A stretch of 63,006 bases of DNA, filler included, from Rhabdomonas costata (taxonomy: Eukaryota): NCBI GenBank assembly GCA_019059605.1. It is 32 parts of 32 records of this genome, joined end to end, with 100 filler letters (N's around TTAATTAATTAA, not from the genome) between each part and the next. Parts side by side here need not be neighbours in the genome. Positions count along the whole stretch, not along the records: positions 35,507 to 37,379 come from JAHMHO010007921.1; positions 37,480 to 39,351 come from JAHMHO010007922.1; positions 39,452 to 41,321 come from JAHMHO010007923.1; positions 41,422 to 43,293 come from JAHMHO010007924.1; positions 43,394 to 45,265 come from JAHMHO010007925.1; positions 45,366 to 47,237 come from JAHMHO010007926.1; positions 47,338 to 49,209 come from JAHMHO010007927.1; positions 49,310 to 51,180 come from JAHMHO010007928.1; 24 more parts are not named here. One strand, given 5' to 3'. Position numbers and translations under genes: made by a program. Numbering within the stretch: the stretch's first letter is position 1; each line of letters starts with the position of its first letter. Below are positions 36,440 through 49,899 of this stretch, piece by piece. The notes under the pieces are model-generated. The model was not told the origin of the DNA and searched no databases. It was given only the letters and a program-made list of their open reading frames with translations.

Positions 36440-39129
36440 TTGTGCTCCTTCCCTGGATCGTTTTGTTTCTCTTTGACGGTTTCCGTGTCCCTCCACTTTT
36501 CCGGTTGCTTTTGTTTTTTCTCTCGGTCGGCTTTCTTTTTCGGCCCCATTTTTGATTCAGACCTTTTGGTGACCGATGAGACTTTCTTGCCTCATTCCGT
36601 GCTGAGTAATTCCACGGCTTGAGGGTCCTTCCTCCGTGTCTGTTTCTTTTCAGTGACGGTGGGGGTCGCGGTCACTTGGTGCTTGCCCCCACCGTTCTGC
36701 TCGCTAATTATTCTCCGCTTCCTGCAATTCAGTTCTTTTGCTGGACAATCTTCCACAGAAGTCGTAGCTGTATTCGTGCAGCGCTTATCCCGGTTAGAAG
36801 CTTTGCGACCCCATGATTGCAATACTTTTTTCCTCGGGGCTGTGTTTTTACACTGTGAGACAAAGAAGACAAAATTTCTTCTTCTTCTTTCCTGCGCGTT
36901 CAGCGTTTTTCTTCTGTTTTGTTGACTTTTTCCCTCCCCCTGCGTTAGCGCGAAGTGCGGAGCATCGCCGCTTTAACTGCCCCCGTGCCCCCAGAGAAGA
37001 AAGTGTTGGTCAGCCTTTGTGATGCTTGCCCTGCGGTCTTTCGTGTTTGTGTGTGTGGACGTTGCTTTTCGGGCACCGAATTCATCAGGCCCCAGAGCTG
37101 GGGAGAGAAACAAATCCTCTTTGGCTTTGTGCATTCGTGGGTTTGCAGCAAACGATGATGTGCGAACTTTGTCCATTTGAGCCGTATCCGTTTTCTCTTG
37201 TACTTGAATTTGTCTGCCTGAGTGGCAGAAGGAATGTTGAGGAGATGGAAGTATAGAGCACGGTGAAGTATAGGGGGGAAAGTTCCGTATAAGGTTGTAC
37301 GTATGACGCCGTTGTACGTATATCGGCGTTATACGACACTAAGCTCTGAAAAGTCCCAGGGGACACAGGAATCACAACANNNNNNNNNNNNNNNNNNNNN
37401 NNNNNNNNNNNNNNNNNNNNNNNTTAATTAATTAANNNNNNNNNNNNNNNNNNNNNNNNNNNNNNNNNNNNNNNNNNNNTGTTTGTTGTGTCCATGTCAC
37501 CCTGGAATAGCCCAGCTAACAGTGGATAAAGAGGGCGTTGCTGGCTTTAGTTGGTGCCACTTTGAGCGACAATGCTCTTGCTCCTTTTTGTGTAAAGCTT
37601 CCGTGTTTAGCTTGGGGTTTCTTCGACTTTAGGCTTGCGTCGATCAAATCCATCGGAGCTTCAGCAAGACTCATGCTGTACGATTCATGGCCACTGTGAA
37701 TTTTGCGGACAGCTTCCGTTCGGCGCTTCCCAAGAGGTTTCTTGGTGATCATCTTACTCCTGCTCTGTGGCGCATGAACCGCCAGATTGCAGTTTTTGTG
37801 AAGTCATGAGATGAAGCACTTTTGGTTCTGCCTGTGCAAATCCGTCGCCTGATTTCTGCGATTGACCTTTTGGGAAGCCTACTACATAGTACAAAAGAGC
37901 CTGCTTGTAAGGAGGATCACATCTTCTGTCAATGAGCTACAGGAGCTGGAGGCCGCTCACGACGTCATGCTCTGACTTTAAAGGTGGTCGCAAATTGCAA
38001 AAACTTGCCCAAAAGCTGAGCAGCTGAATTTCTGCAAACAAGCACGGCCTGTAGTGCTTTGGTTTTCCCGGAATATGAATGGAGTTGCATAACATCGGAG
38101 ACGGTGGCATAACAAGAAGGGTTCAAGCTGGAGCCTTCCCACTTGTTGCCTTCCTGGCTGATGCTCTATTATCATAGCAATGGTTTCCACGGGGAGATGA
38201 GGGTTAGAGGCCATCGGAGGATGCGAAAGCGCTCACCGACTGGTTGAGTGACTTGCACATTGCCTTTTTCACGGATTTGGTCTCTTTTCACCAATCTCAA
38301 TTAGCCTTCTGCTCTGCAACGAGGTGAACGACTATTTTGTTGCTGTTACGATGTTCAACTTTGCAATTTGTGATTGGCGTGTTGTTCGGATGGGCAAAAG
38401 ACTCTTCGCGTACCAACTTGCAAGGTGATGGTGGAGGGAGATGTGTGGATGTTGATGACAAACACATTCTTCTTCGAAAGCTCTGTGAGAGGAAGGAATT
38501 AAGTCCACCGCAGGTGAAGCAGGCTACATCCGCCACCAAAACAGCCCTGAAGGCAACTTGCAAGAAGCGTTGGTATGTAACGAGTCACAATCGAATGGAA
38601 AAGACACACCGATTCAGCAGTGCACTCGGGGGGAGGGTGATCTGAGTCGAGTGGAGATTGAGGGGTGAGGGGATTGGTGATTGCTGATCATGGGACTGAC
38701 ACTTGTCGAGTCGATGATGGCTGATGATGCCACGTGGGGCGCGGATTGCTTTTGCTGCGTTCAACTAAAATGGGGCCGTTCAACTCAAAGAAATTCGCTC
38801 ACGCACCAATGCAGCTGGTTTTTGTGCTTCCTGGACGAGTTACCCCAGGTGTCCAGAAGAAAGAACACCAGGGAAGTGTACCGAGTGCTGGATGATGCAA
38901 GGAGAATGCCTGCCCTGCTTATATCGTGGTACCGGACGGTAGCCGAGGCAGTCGCCCGCCTGCAGCCGTGCACGCGTGGACAGCAGGAAGCTCAGAAATC
39001 AGCCATCACTTGACAGGGTCTGCCAGCTAGTGACGGCGCATGGCACGTCCGCTCATTCACTCCAATCAATACATGTGCGCACATTCATGTCGGCATCTTT
39101 CTGCAAGGTTTTCTATCTGCTTGCTAACA

Positions 39130-39351
39130 ATGTTGCGCTCCCTCCGACTTGTTCGCATTGCGGGGGCTGCTCGTCCCCTCCTCCGCGGCCCTAACGCTAC
39201 AATTTGTCGCCAGCCCATTCCTGTTGTGCAGTGCCACCTCTTCTCCTCTTCCTCGCCTTCCCCGAGCATCACTCTTGCTGACCGTGTGGTGCAATGGGTT
39301 CCCCCCGTTTTGCGCCGAGACCGGATCGTCGCAAAACGGGGGGAACCCACA
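39130..39351 (+). CDS. 5' end of a protein with a mitochondrial-targeting-like presequence; possibly an OFA-family MFS transporter
   Basis: MLRSLRLVRIAGAARPLLRG... is Arg/Ser/Leu-rich with no acidic residues; LRRDRIVAK.G resembles the L.R.RI.A..GFNRW start of OFA MFS proteins; truncated by the contig end. Confidence 0.4.
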
Positions 39352-39664
39352 NNNNNNNNNNNNNNNNNNNNNNNNNNNNNNNNNNNNNNNNNNNNTTAAT
39401 TAATTAANNNNNNNNNNNNNNNNNNNNNNNNNNNNNNNNNNNNNNNNNNNNTGTGTTAGGTGTGTTTAGTTGGGTTGGGAGAGAGATTGACTCCTTGGTT
39501 GCAGGGGAGGAACCCACTGTCAATCGCTCCTTTTCCCGAGAAGGATTATTAATTCCAGAGGGAAAAATCGCAAAGAGAGAGGCTTCTGACACCAATAGGC
39601 GATCAGAGTCTCACTGTGCATCATATTATACGGGTAGAGCGGGGAGGCTGGGGATTGCTTGGAC

Positions 39665-41321
39665 CTTGTGCAGCTGAATGAAGGGCTCGGCAGCTGCAGC
39701 CAGGGCGCCGGGAAGACTCTCCTGGACCACCGCCTTGAGGTGCTCGCGCAGCCACTCCCGCTCCGGCGCGGCATCTGCGGGGCTGTGGCTGGGAGTGGGT
39801 TCCTGATGGATCCCGCGGAGGGCCTCGTCCACTGTAAGAGAGAACCGTTTGCAACAGCACAAGGTCCTGCGTGAAAGCCTACGAACGCATTGTCAAGTGA
39901 AAAAACAGAGGCCGATTGTAGCGGGGCACAGCCCAACCCAGCGCAGCAGCGGCAATACAATGCCCGTTCACCTCAAAAGTAAGGTGGGAAAACGTCTCTA
40001 CAAAAAAGACGTTTTGTACTAACAGCGGTTTGGAGGGGGAGATTTTCCCCTCTATTATCTGAATGTAATGCGCTTGTGGCTGCTTTTGTTTTTGAATTTG
40101 TGTTGGTGCCTTGTGTGCCCTTTGGTTGCTGAAAAGAAACACCACTAATTCAGAGAATTTCCCACATTTTGATGATAGAGTTTGCTCAAAGGCAATTGAA
40201 AGAATCATTTAAATTCACTTTTATGTTTCTTCTGGCGTTTGAGTATTTTCCTGTTTTGCGTCAAGTGCCCGTTTCACTGTGGGGTGGGAATTCGTGAGGT
40301 CAGGGTTGGGCTGGGTGCAAAGAGTATGCTCGATACAGCACAGCGAGGAAAGATTTATGTGCGCACTTGTTCCGTACTTCAGTCATATTTGTTCTGGTTT
40401 AAAACTCTCATTTTTGAGGTGAAACGCGCCATACGAAAAACACATACGATCAACCAGCCGCATCACGCCGTCCTCACCAACCCAGGGCGTTCCCGGAGCG
40501 AAGGCCCCCGGGATCACCAGCACACCCTGGGCCAACGCCAGCTCAATGCACTGCAGCACAGGGTCCGGAGCTGCAAAACAAAAGTCAGAAGCAGCCCCCA
40601 AAAAAGTCATTGTGTGGATACGATTCTTGTATAAAACCGTGGTGGCCGCGGTGCTCCGTGATCTTCCGCTTCCGGTCATGTGGAAACGGATGGTACCTAG
40701 CTCACGAGAAAGCCGCCGACTGCTGGTTTGGATATTAAGGTTTGATTCCCCGGCAAGGGAGACATACTAAGCAGAATGTGAGTCTAATGACTGATATTAT
40801 TTTGCTGACGCAAGAAGACACTGCACAACCTCCAGCCAGTTGTTTCGACTGCGTTCGACGGACAATGGGGGCAAGGACATGGTGGACACACGCTCCTTCG
40901 CCTTTCGCCATTCAGCACCACAATTTCAGGCTGGAACAGACATTGGATGCACCCGAACCAATCCTGGTCTGATGTGGAAATGTGGAAGCTCTTCTGGACG
41001 CTGTTGCAGGCAAGCTTGGCACCAATATCTGATTCCGGCTAGCTTATCGTGCTGGAAGCATATGCGCAGCCGTCAAAACAGGGACCTTTTTTTTAATAAT
41101 GACAAAATCGCTGACCTTATTATCCTAAAAACCAGCAAGGGCGCGCGCGCGCACACACACAAACGCACACGCTCACACCCAGGTTGAATTCATCCAAGAA
41201 AATCCAGCAACCCGTCACAAAGGCATAGGCGAAGTGGCCCAGTTTGAAGGTAAAGTATGGACTGCCACCCCTGGGGCAGTGCACAACCAGCCGTCCCAGG
41301 AAGTCCTCCACACAACCCCAC
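39665..41321 (-). CDS. Midasin/MoxR-like (AAA_5) ATPase module, partial
   Basis: Exon ..41179 plus exon ~40570-40455 splice to FTFKLGHFAYAFVTGCWIFLDEFNLAPDPVLQCIELAL (Walker B, G.W..LDE.NLA...VL); further exon ~39832-39665. Confidence 0.75.
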
Positions 41322-42291
41322 NNNNNNNNNNNNNNNNNNNNNNNNNNNNNNNNNNNNNNNNNNNNTTAATTAATTAANNNNNNNNNNNNNNNNNNNNNNN
41401 NNNNNNNNNNNNNNNNNNNNNTTGTGGGGGGTAAGTCAGGGTTTCTTTGGTTCTTTGGTTCTTTTTCTTTTGGTTCCTCAACCTCTGTCTGTAGCCGAGC
41501 CATGGTGGAGAGCGATCGCTAAGTAATTTCAGCGCTTGTTCATCTCGTAGTCAGGATTGGAGGGCAACGCATCATCCCCCCCCCCCCACGCCCTGGGATT
41601 CAAAATTGATGGTTTATAAGGATAAGGTGGTGAGGGGTTAAGGGCGTTGGCAGTGGCCGGGAGGTCCTTGAGTTGCTCTCTGCTCCGTTTGAATGTTCAC
41701 TGGATAAAAATGATCGTGGTCTGGCATGAGTTCAAGACAGCACACTCACAGCACGGAAAAACCCGGCAAACCCAACACCACCGGGTGTTGGCAGAGAACG
41801 TCTAGGGCCATCATAGGGCCAAGGAAGACAACGTCCGCAAAGGTGAATCACTTCGGATGACATGCTGCCGTTGGCCCCGTGGTTGGACAAGGGTCTACCT
41901 TCCTGATAGCCCATTTTCCGGTTACCATCACGGCCCGTTGGTCAGCATAGCAACAAAAACATCAGAAGTGGATGTCGGTGAAGGCTGAAGCAGCCTTCCC
42001 AAAACAACAGCAACACAAAAGCAAGCAAGAGCCAGCTATGTACAAAGCCGGCAGCCACTCTAAAAAACGTACCTATACTTATTATTGACATCACCATCAC
42101 CTGTTGGACGGACACCACCGCGGCAGAGCGGGCAGCCCAAGGGCCCCATACCGAAGGCGCTCCACGCAATAATACACAAGAAGTGTGAGAGGCCCCGTGC
42201 TCGTGAGAGGCCCAATATATCTAAGGACGCCCCAACCACGACGCCGACTCACGCTCACCCAACCCTATCCTCCTTCAAAATTCTGCTTCCC

Positions 42292-43104
42292 TCAGCGCTT
42301 CACATAGCACACAAACGTCAGCCCATAGGCCGTCACAGCACGCACAAGAAAGATTGCAAAGATTAGCACTCCAACCCACAGCCAGATATGCTCGTACGAG
42401 AGCTCATAGGTGGAGCTCAAGTTGTCCCACACGGTCATGACCTGACTCTTGCCTGTCGCCTGGTTGGTCACCTGATAGTGGCGGTGGCGGTGGGGTTCGC
42501 GTATGGAAGCAAAGCCTCCACAAAAAACCGAGTCCGCATGATCCCAATAATGAAGCTCTAAAAGCTGAAGGGCTGTTGAAACCACTCGGTTTGTCCTATA
42601 ACGGAAAAGAAAAAGGAGTCGGACGAAAACTTCTCAAAAATTGCGGATGTACAAAATTCCAAGATTCTGAAACACAAATTCAGGTCCCACTTAGGACCGG
42701 CGACGCAGCTTTTCGGGAAGCCCACTGTACACAGAAAAGACTCTGAGCTTGCTTCGCTTTGCCCTGGAACACCAGTTATGATATGGTAATGAAGTGAAAT
42801 AGGAGGCTAAATGCATATACGTTGAGCGCCTCCCGGTGACACCACTGGCTCCCTCGCTTCTAACGATTGAGACCCTTGGGGGCCTCATAAAGCCAGAGTA
42901 CGTACGCGATTTTTTTACACACAGTCTCACACGGTTTCTTTTTCAATTGCAATACTTACCTTTGTAATCGCAATAAAAAGAATCCCTAGAGAAGGGAGTG
43001 GGGGGCGCGTGGTTCGCCACACCACCAGCACGCTGCATTCGGAACCGACACAGTAGTTCTGGGAGGAAAGCATTGCATTCACCGCGTAGGCCAGCGGGTT
43101 TATC
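42292..43104 (-). CDS. ABCG/PDR-type ABC transporter, last two exons
   Basis: INPLAYAVNAMLSSQNYC, then a terminal exon VWDNLSSTYELSYEHIWLWVGVLIFAIFLVRAVTAYGLTFVCYVKR*, typical of a PDR C-terminus. Confidence 0.82.
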
Positions 43105-45975
43105 CTGGGGAAGGAAGGAAGCGAATTAAATTAGTGTCTCAAGCAGCTCACCGGCAGCCTTCTGGAGAGCAGGTGCCTGATTGTGCTGTGGCATCGCTGC
43201 TGACAGCGGACTCCGTTTCTTCCCCAGCAGAGAGTGGAGACGGGTGCTAATCAACAAGAGCGCGCAGCACTCACTGGACTTAAACAAACCACANNNNNNN
43301 NNNNNNNNNNNNNNNNNNNNNNNNNNNNNNNNNNNNNTTAATTAATTAANNNNNNNNNNNNNNNNNNNNNNNNNNNNNNNNNNNNNNNNNNNNGCACGGG
43401 TGTTCTGATTATATGGATAAGGTGGTTAGGGTATGGTGTGGGGTAGAACGAGAATAGAGCACGAGGGAGGGGGGGGCAGAGACAGAGTGGTGGGGTAAAA
43501 TGGGAAGAGATGAGATGCTTCGCAATGGCGGAAGTTGGAAACCCGCAGGCACCAGAGGGTATGGTTGTGTGGAGCCCATCGGTGTGATTGGAAGTCATCA
43601 GCTTGAACGCCCAAGAAGAAGCAAGCACATGCCCCCATGTACACAAACACAGAGGCCCCATGTGCACACACAGTCGAAACCAGAGAGCAGAAGTCCGTGT
43701 TTGTTCGCGTGCGTGTGAGAGTCAGTCAAAGAGTGTGTGCGTTTGTCTGTCTGTGTGTGTGTGTGTGTCTGTGCGTATGGTGGCGAGTGTTCTCTGCCAC
43801 AGTGCCCCCCTAAGAACCACCCCTGCCGACACCCCGTTCTGCTTTTTGCGAGCTTTCACCTTCGCACTTCTTTTTTGAGGAAAGGCCATGGGAAAGGAAA
43901 CTGGCCTGGACTGGTCTGGCCTGGCGCTACAATCCCTCTGGCATATGATTCCAAAGCTCCCGTGACGTAGATGATTGCCACCTGACCTGGAAGTCTCCGG
44001 AAATCCTTCAACTGCTCAACAAACCACAACCATGACATGACATGACCATGACATGAATCTGCACCAACTGTGGATGAGAAGGTCACACCAGCGGGCGCAT
44101 CGGCACAACAGTCTGGTGGAAAGGCTCACCGTTCACCACAGAACTCAAACACCTGGATTGAACGCAACGTGAAAACACACCACAAACGCTCCGGAAACAC
44201 GACACACGCTCACACTCACACACCATCATAGCTCCGAGCGGTGATGAAAACATACAATTCTAGAACTCGACAGCGGGCATGCCCTAACCACTGAAACTCT
44301 TTCCAGCAGATGGTTGCGACATTCTCAACCTTGGACTGAGCAACAACTGGGAAATAATAATAACAATAATAATACATAATTATTTTAGCACTTAGTCAAG
44401 CTTTTCAAAGACAAAATCGAGCGCACTCAGTAGTCACTTAGTCAGGTCTATCCACACAACCCACGCACGCTGTGGATTGTCCCCCCTCAAACCACCAACG
44501 CTGTGGAGCTTCAATCCTGAAGAACCCAAATTCGAAATTGGGATTTTGGACAACCCCGGGGTCGATTTCAATCTGGACGGCCTTATGTCCCTAAATAAGG
44601 GCGATTTTCAAGTGCTGGCGCCCGCACGCCGCTGACTATCACCAGGAATGCCCATGCGCGCTGGTTTTTCAGCGGGGCGCATGCGGGGATGCCCGCGTTG
44701 GCGTTTGCGAAAGGGTCCACACATTCAATGTTTGCCGGGTCTTTTTCGGCAGCCGGACTTTTGATCCTTTTTCCTTTGGGGCATTCGGTTTTCTTTGGAA
44801 AGGCATCGACCGGGACGCGCGGCAAAGGCAGTTCCAGTGAGGGAGGATCGTGGCGTCTGATCTGATAAGGGCAGCGAATGAGAAGGACACGCATACCACA
44901 GAAGCCCGATGTGAATCGCGGTTTTTTTATGTACCCGGCGACCCGTGCGAACGCGTGCCGCGTACGCGGGCAAAGACTTGACCGGTGCAATTGCTTTTCC
45001 GAAGCAGCGGCACGCTTTGCCTGAGGTTCATCGCCTCCGGTGCGACAAAAACATGTTCCACTTCTTTTAACTCTTCTACTTTCTCCAAACTCAGCGAAAG
45101 CAAAGCCACACAGCACGGGTGGAAGTGCAGGGCAAGGAAGTCATCGATTTGTTGTAGCTGCTGGTTGGTGGTGGGGGTCCTCCCAATGCGGAGAACAGCC
45201 ACCGGGCCTCGACACAAGTGGCGACAGAAAAACAAAAATGCAACGCCGCAGAAGAGTGGACACAANNNNNNNNNNNNNNNNNNNNNNNNNNNNNNNNNNN
45301 NNNNNNNNNTTAATTAATTAANNNNNNNNNNNNNNNNNNNNNNNNNNNNNNNNNNNNNNNNNNNNAAAGGGAGCGGCTGCACAAACACAGTATCAACCCC
45401 ACTAGTCCACACATATTGTCCCTCTTCCCCTCATCGACCAAAGTTGGGACTAAAACTGCGCACAATCCGCACAGACCAATCTCAACATTCACTTTTCGGG
45501 GGGATCGTCGGGCGAGGTGGAATAGAAAGATGCTATTTTAAGCCCGAAAATGCCTGGTTTTTTTTTTTGCTTGTTTCGCCCTATTTTTGAGCTTTTACGG
45601 CCATTTTTGCCAAAAACAAATCATATTTTAGGTATTGTGTAGACTGCACAAGTGAGCAAACCAGGTCTTTGGCTCCGAGTTCAAGAAAGTGCTTATTTAT
45701 TTGCCATAGTTTTGCTGTGGAGAGGATCCTTTGTAAATTGAATTTTGCAACTTATATTCCTGACCGTTTTCCAAGATAACTGTGAAACACTGACTCAAGC
45801 CGAAGCGCGGGGGTTTCGCTCCGAGCTTTCCGCGCGTACACCCACACCTCAGCTTCCTCACATACGTTTGCAAATCTGGCAAAATTTGCAAACTTGAATA
45901 TCAGCAGAAACAAATATGGAGCATTGAAAGAAAGAAGAAACGAAAAGAAACAGAAATATCGACACAGGAGGGGAC

Positions 45976-46935
45976 CTCAGGGCCGGCATCTGGGAAGAGG
46001 TTAATCCTCGGAAACTCCATGGGAAGCCCCTCGAAGTCAACCTTCGTCGACGTATAGATTCTGGCTTGAAGCCGACGCTTGCAAGGAAACAAGGCCAAAA
46101 CGAGTGCTGAACTGCGAAGTGCAATGGCTAACCAACGCATATCAGTACTGCTATACCAAATATGAGCTTGACCTTCCAGCTCCTGGAGTGCATTCTGTTC
46201 CACCTCGATCCAAGTGCCTGTCGAATTTCACTTGGCAAATAGTCAAATACGGTTGGAAAGGAAAATTAGATTTCCCCACTCCCCCTTTCCAGGCAGGCTG
46301 AAGAGGCTGAAGAAAACCCCCCACAGCAGAGAAAAGAGAAAGTAGCTGTGAAGTGCAAAGATACCACGTATTCCTCCATCCACCGCAGCAAGCCGTCCCG
46401 GCGTCCGACAGCTGAGGGCGGAGAGCATTCCTGGGACCCCAGCAGCACGGATTCGGTGCGCAGGTCCACTGTGAACGTCCTGGAGTTGGTCAGCAGGCTG
46501 CCCGCGAAGATCAGCTTCCCTTAGGAAAGGCCCTCGACATTCGGCATGGAGATATCCATTTGAAAAGGAGGGCAGCGGAGTCCCGAAATGAAAATACATA
46601 TTCACCCGCACAAAAGACCACACCAGTTTGATTTCAAAGAAAGCCTTCCTTCGCTGGAAAAGGCTGAGTGTACGCGCTCCATTTAAAACATTATCATGTG
46701 GATCAGGGGCTTTGCATTCAGTAGCGAATTAGGGTGGAGCAGCGTACCGCCGAACGTCATGCCAACGAAGGTCACCCATCATAGCGGAGCGAGGCACAAG
46801 GAAGATGAGTCCCATGCCTTGCCCAGTTCGGGGGAGAGCCAGCAAAGTCCTCGTCACGGCAGAGCGCAGAGGAAACATCCTTGTGGAGTAGTAGAAGGTG
46901 TAGAAGGAGATGCACCCAAACAGCCCGAAGTAGAA
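45976..46935 (-). CDS. F-box protein SKIP16/FBXO3-like (SMI1-ApaG linker region), partial
   Basis: Exons give FGLFGCISFYTFYYSTRMFPL...RDGLLRWMEEYV|RRLQARIY...RINLFPDAGPE, matching the SKIP16-type L.W.EE..RRL...I.LFP pattern that precedes ApaG. Confidence 0.75.
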
Positions 46936-48372
46936 CTGCACCCCCCAACGTTGAGCAATGATTAGGGAGGGAAGGGAGGGGGCGCGTGAGAACCCCATCC
47001 TCCAGAGTGAAGGTCTTCTCCGTGTCCTGTTTTATTCGGATGGGCATGCATCATACAATGACAGAATAGTGTGCGTATGTGGAGGGGGGGAGGGAGCACA
47101 TTTTCTTTTGGCAAAGGTGCATCTTGGATCCCCCCCTTTCCCAGAGGCTTGGCGGAAGCACCTAGGATCTTGTAACGTGGAGCAAGACAACCAGTCTAAA
47201 AGCATCGGCAAATGTGTATCGCCACCTAAACCCCCACNNNNNNNNNNNNNNNNNNNNNNNNNNNNNNNNNNNNNNNNNNNNTTAATTAATTAANNNNNNN
47301 NNNNNNNNNNNNNNNNNNNNNNNNNNNNNNNNNNNNNGGGTGTTGGTCCACCGTACACTTCCGATAATGAAGTTTTTTGACTTCGGGACAGTTGTGCAGT
47401 TGTATCTGCCGGTTAGCCGTGTCTCCGGCTGGTGATTTCGAGAGCAGACACCGTAGAATCGAGTCAGCTATAGCTGGGGATTGGTTGGCCGTGGGCCCTG
47501 CCGATATTCGGCTTCCAAACGTTCTCCAGAGATGAATTTGTTTAAATAAACGCCAAAAGGCAGACCGAAGTATCAGTGATATACGTTTACCTTTTATCTT
47601 GTGTTTATCTTTTATCTCTCGGGACGTAAATATTTCCCGGAATTGCCGGAGAGACCAGTGCATTAATTGTTTTCTCCGTTGCACCTTCGTTTGACCTGTT
47701 GGCCTCGGAGTCCGTGGTCGCGTTCGTGGGGTGATGTACAAACGTTCCTTCGCTACACAGCTGCACACCCAATATGTAAAAGCACCCTTCAGCACTTCGC
47801 ACACACCGTTGCCACACCGATGTATATGACGGCGTTGTGGACGGTAAGTGTGTTTCTCTGTCACAGACTTTGGGTTCGCCGTGCTCATCGGGAACGATGC
47901 CTGCCTCCAGGCCTGCTGCGGCACTACGGCGTACATGGGTGTGGCCTTGTTGTATATCTGGTGGGTTTGGTTTTTGGTAATACTAAGGTTATAAGATGGG
48001 CTATAACATCTTTGAGTAGCATTTTGCTGCTTCCGATCAATTTGAATACTTCCGCCAAGGACTCCGTTGAAGTTGACCCAACAAAACAGCTGTAAACATA
48101 CTGGGTGCCTTGCTTTTTTGAGGCTTATTTTCAGCTTTCCTGAGTTTCTGAGCATTATATTTTAGGATAACTGTGTCTTTTCTTTAACCGGCCGTTTTTG
48201 AAGCGAACTGTGAATTCTCTAACCGGCCATTTGTGGAGAAGGGTAGGTAAAGATAGGGTAAACTCAGCCATGTGTTGTGGTGCGGTTCTGAGTTTACGCT
48301 GTGGCATACTTTATTAAGAAATGGTGTTGCTTGCTGTGGAAGTCTGTTCTTTTTGTCCTTCTGCTTCACCAG

Positions 48373-48996
48373 CACCGGAGATTCTGTGCGGGGAGCCCTA
48401 CGGAAAGGCCGTGGACATGTGGAGCCTTGGCGTGATCATCTACCACTTGTATGCTGGGAATGATGTTTGCAAGCTGACCATCGTTTTTCCTCACTCGAAA
48501 GTAAAAAAAAAACAGATAATGAAGTTCGTAACTCCACAAACTCAGAACAACGCAACAAACGTTTGTTTCCTTCCTCTTCTGCCCAATAAGCAAACGGCAG
48601 AGGCCTGTTGTCCTGCGTCTTCGTACTGCACCTTACTCCGATTTCAAAACCGCCATGGGCGCGATCAGCGAAAAGAAGAGAAACTTTCTATTATGGACTT
48701 CACCATAAGACTGGGATGGGAGGGAAAGTGGATTCAACTGGACCTTGCACCTAAAGGTGTATCCTACCTCGAAATGGATGCCACATGCTTTCTGGAGTAT
48801 TTTTCATTGGCATAAGAAAGGAGCAGGTCGCGGAGCACGTCTATCCAGAATGAACCTGTTGTGGGAGACCTGGATCACCTGTGGTGATGGGTGAGAGGGT
48901 GTGGAGCTCTGCCCTTTGCCTTGGATTTCAGGTTGAGTGGGGGCTACCCCTTTGACGGCGCTAAGAACGAGGAGCTCACTGATAACATCATCGCCG
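48373..48996 (+). CDS. Ser/Thr protein kinase (CAMK-like) subdomains VIII-X, two exons
   Basis: 48373-48448 APEILCGEPYGKAVDMWSLGVIIYHL plus 48932-48996 LSGGYPFDGAKNEELTDNIIAG, GT-AG. Confidence 0.93.
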
Positions 48997-49899
48997 GTGC
49001 CCCGCCTACTCCACCCCTTCCTTTTGTCCCCGCGCCTCGTCTTCGATCTCTTTCTGAAAGCTGGCATCACTTTTGAGTTTAGCGTGCATCGCGCATTTGC
49101 AATCCCGTCCCGTCCCATCTCGTCCCTCGCATTTCTCTTTATTTCAGTTCGTTGTATTTCATCCATACTGCCTGTTCTTCCTTCCCCTTCCCTTCCCTTC
49201 CCAACCACANNNNNNNNNNNNNNNNNNNNNNNNNNNNNNNNNNNNNNNNNNNNTTAATTAATTAANNNNNNNNNNNNNNNNNNNNNNNNNNNNNNNNNNN
49301 NNNNNNNNNGGGTTTTGGGAGGGCCGAATACAATTGCTCGTCACCTTTGCGTACGCATCGCATCGATTTTTATACAAATTCTGAAGTTTCCCTTGGTTAC
49401 AGATGTGGGTATTCACAATCATGACATCGATGAGAAAACTAGGTTAACGGAGTGAATTGCATGAAACAATGCCTAGGATCTTTCCTTTCGGAATGGTCTA
49501 ATTTTTTGATGGGGGACGTTAAAAGGTTGTTGGTATAATGCCGTTATCTGGTTAAACGGAAAGGTAAGGGGACACAACACACAAACATACACAGAAAATA
49601 GCGTCGGCAACGCCTGTGGTCTGACAAACCGTTTGTAGGTCCTCTTTCAGAGCCAATGCTTCCAGCCCCACCATGTCAAAGCACGCCACAGTGACCACTC
49701 GGGAGGTACTCTGTGGTGCCAAAGGGCTTTGCACCACAGAAACATTTTCCTGAGTGAATAATACAAGAAGGAAAGAAAAAACCTAACTCGGCACCAGACC
49801 TTTTCCACGTCTCCCTTCTGCCTGGCAGGGGCCAATTTTGGGGAGAAGGACATCCTTTATCATACCGTCTGAAGGGTCACTCCTGGTTCACCGACAGCG

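Noticed and set aside
40735-40762. tRNA T-arm-like GGTTTGATTCCCCGGCAAGGGAG
   Set aside because: No matching acceptor stem, D-arm or anticodon arm upstream
47286-48155. 289-aa minus-strand ORF and overlapping 142-aa plus-strand ORF
   Set aside because: No recognisable motifs or host-like codon bias; probably intronic to the kinase gene
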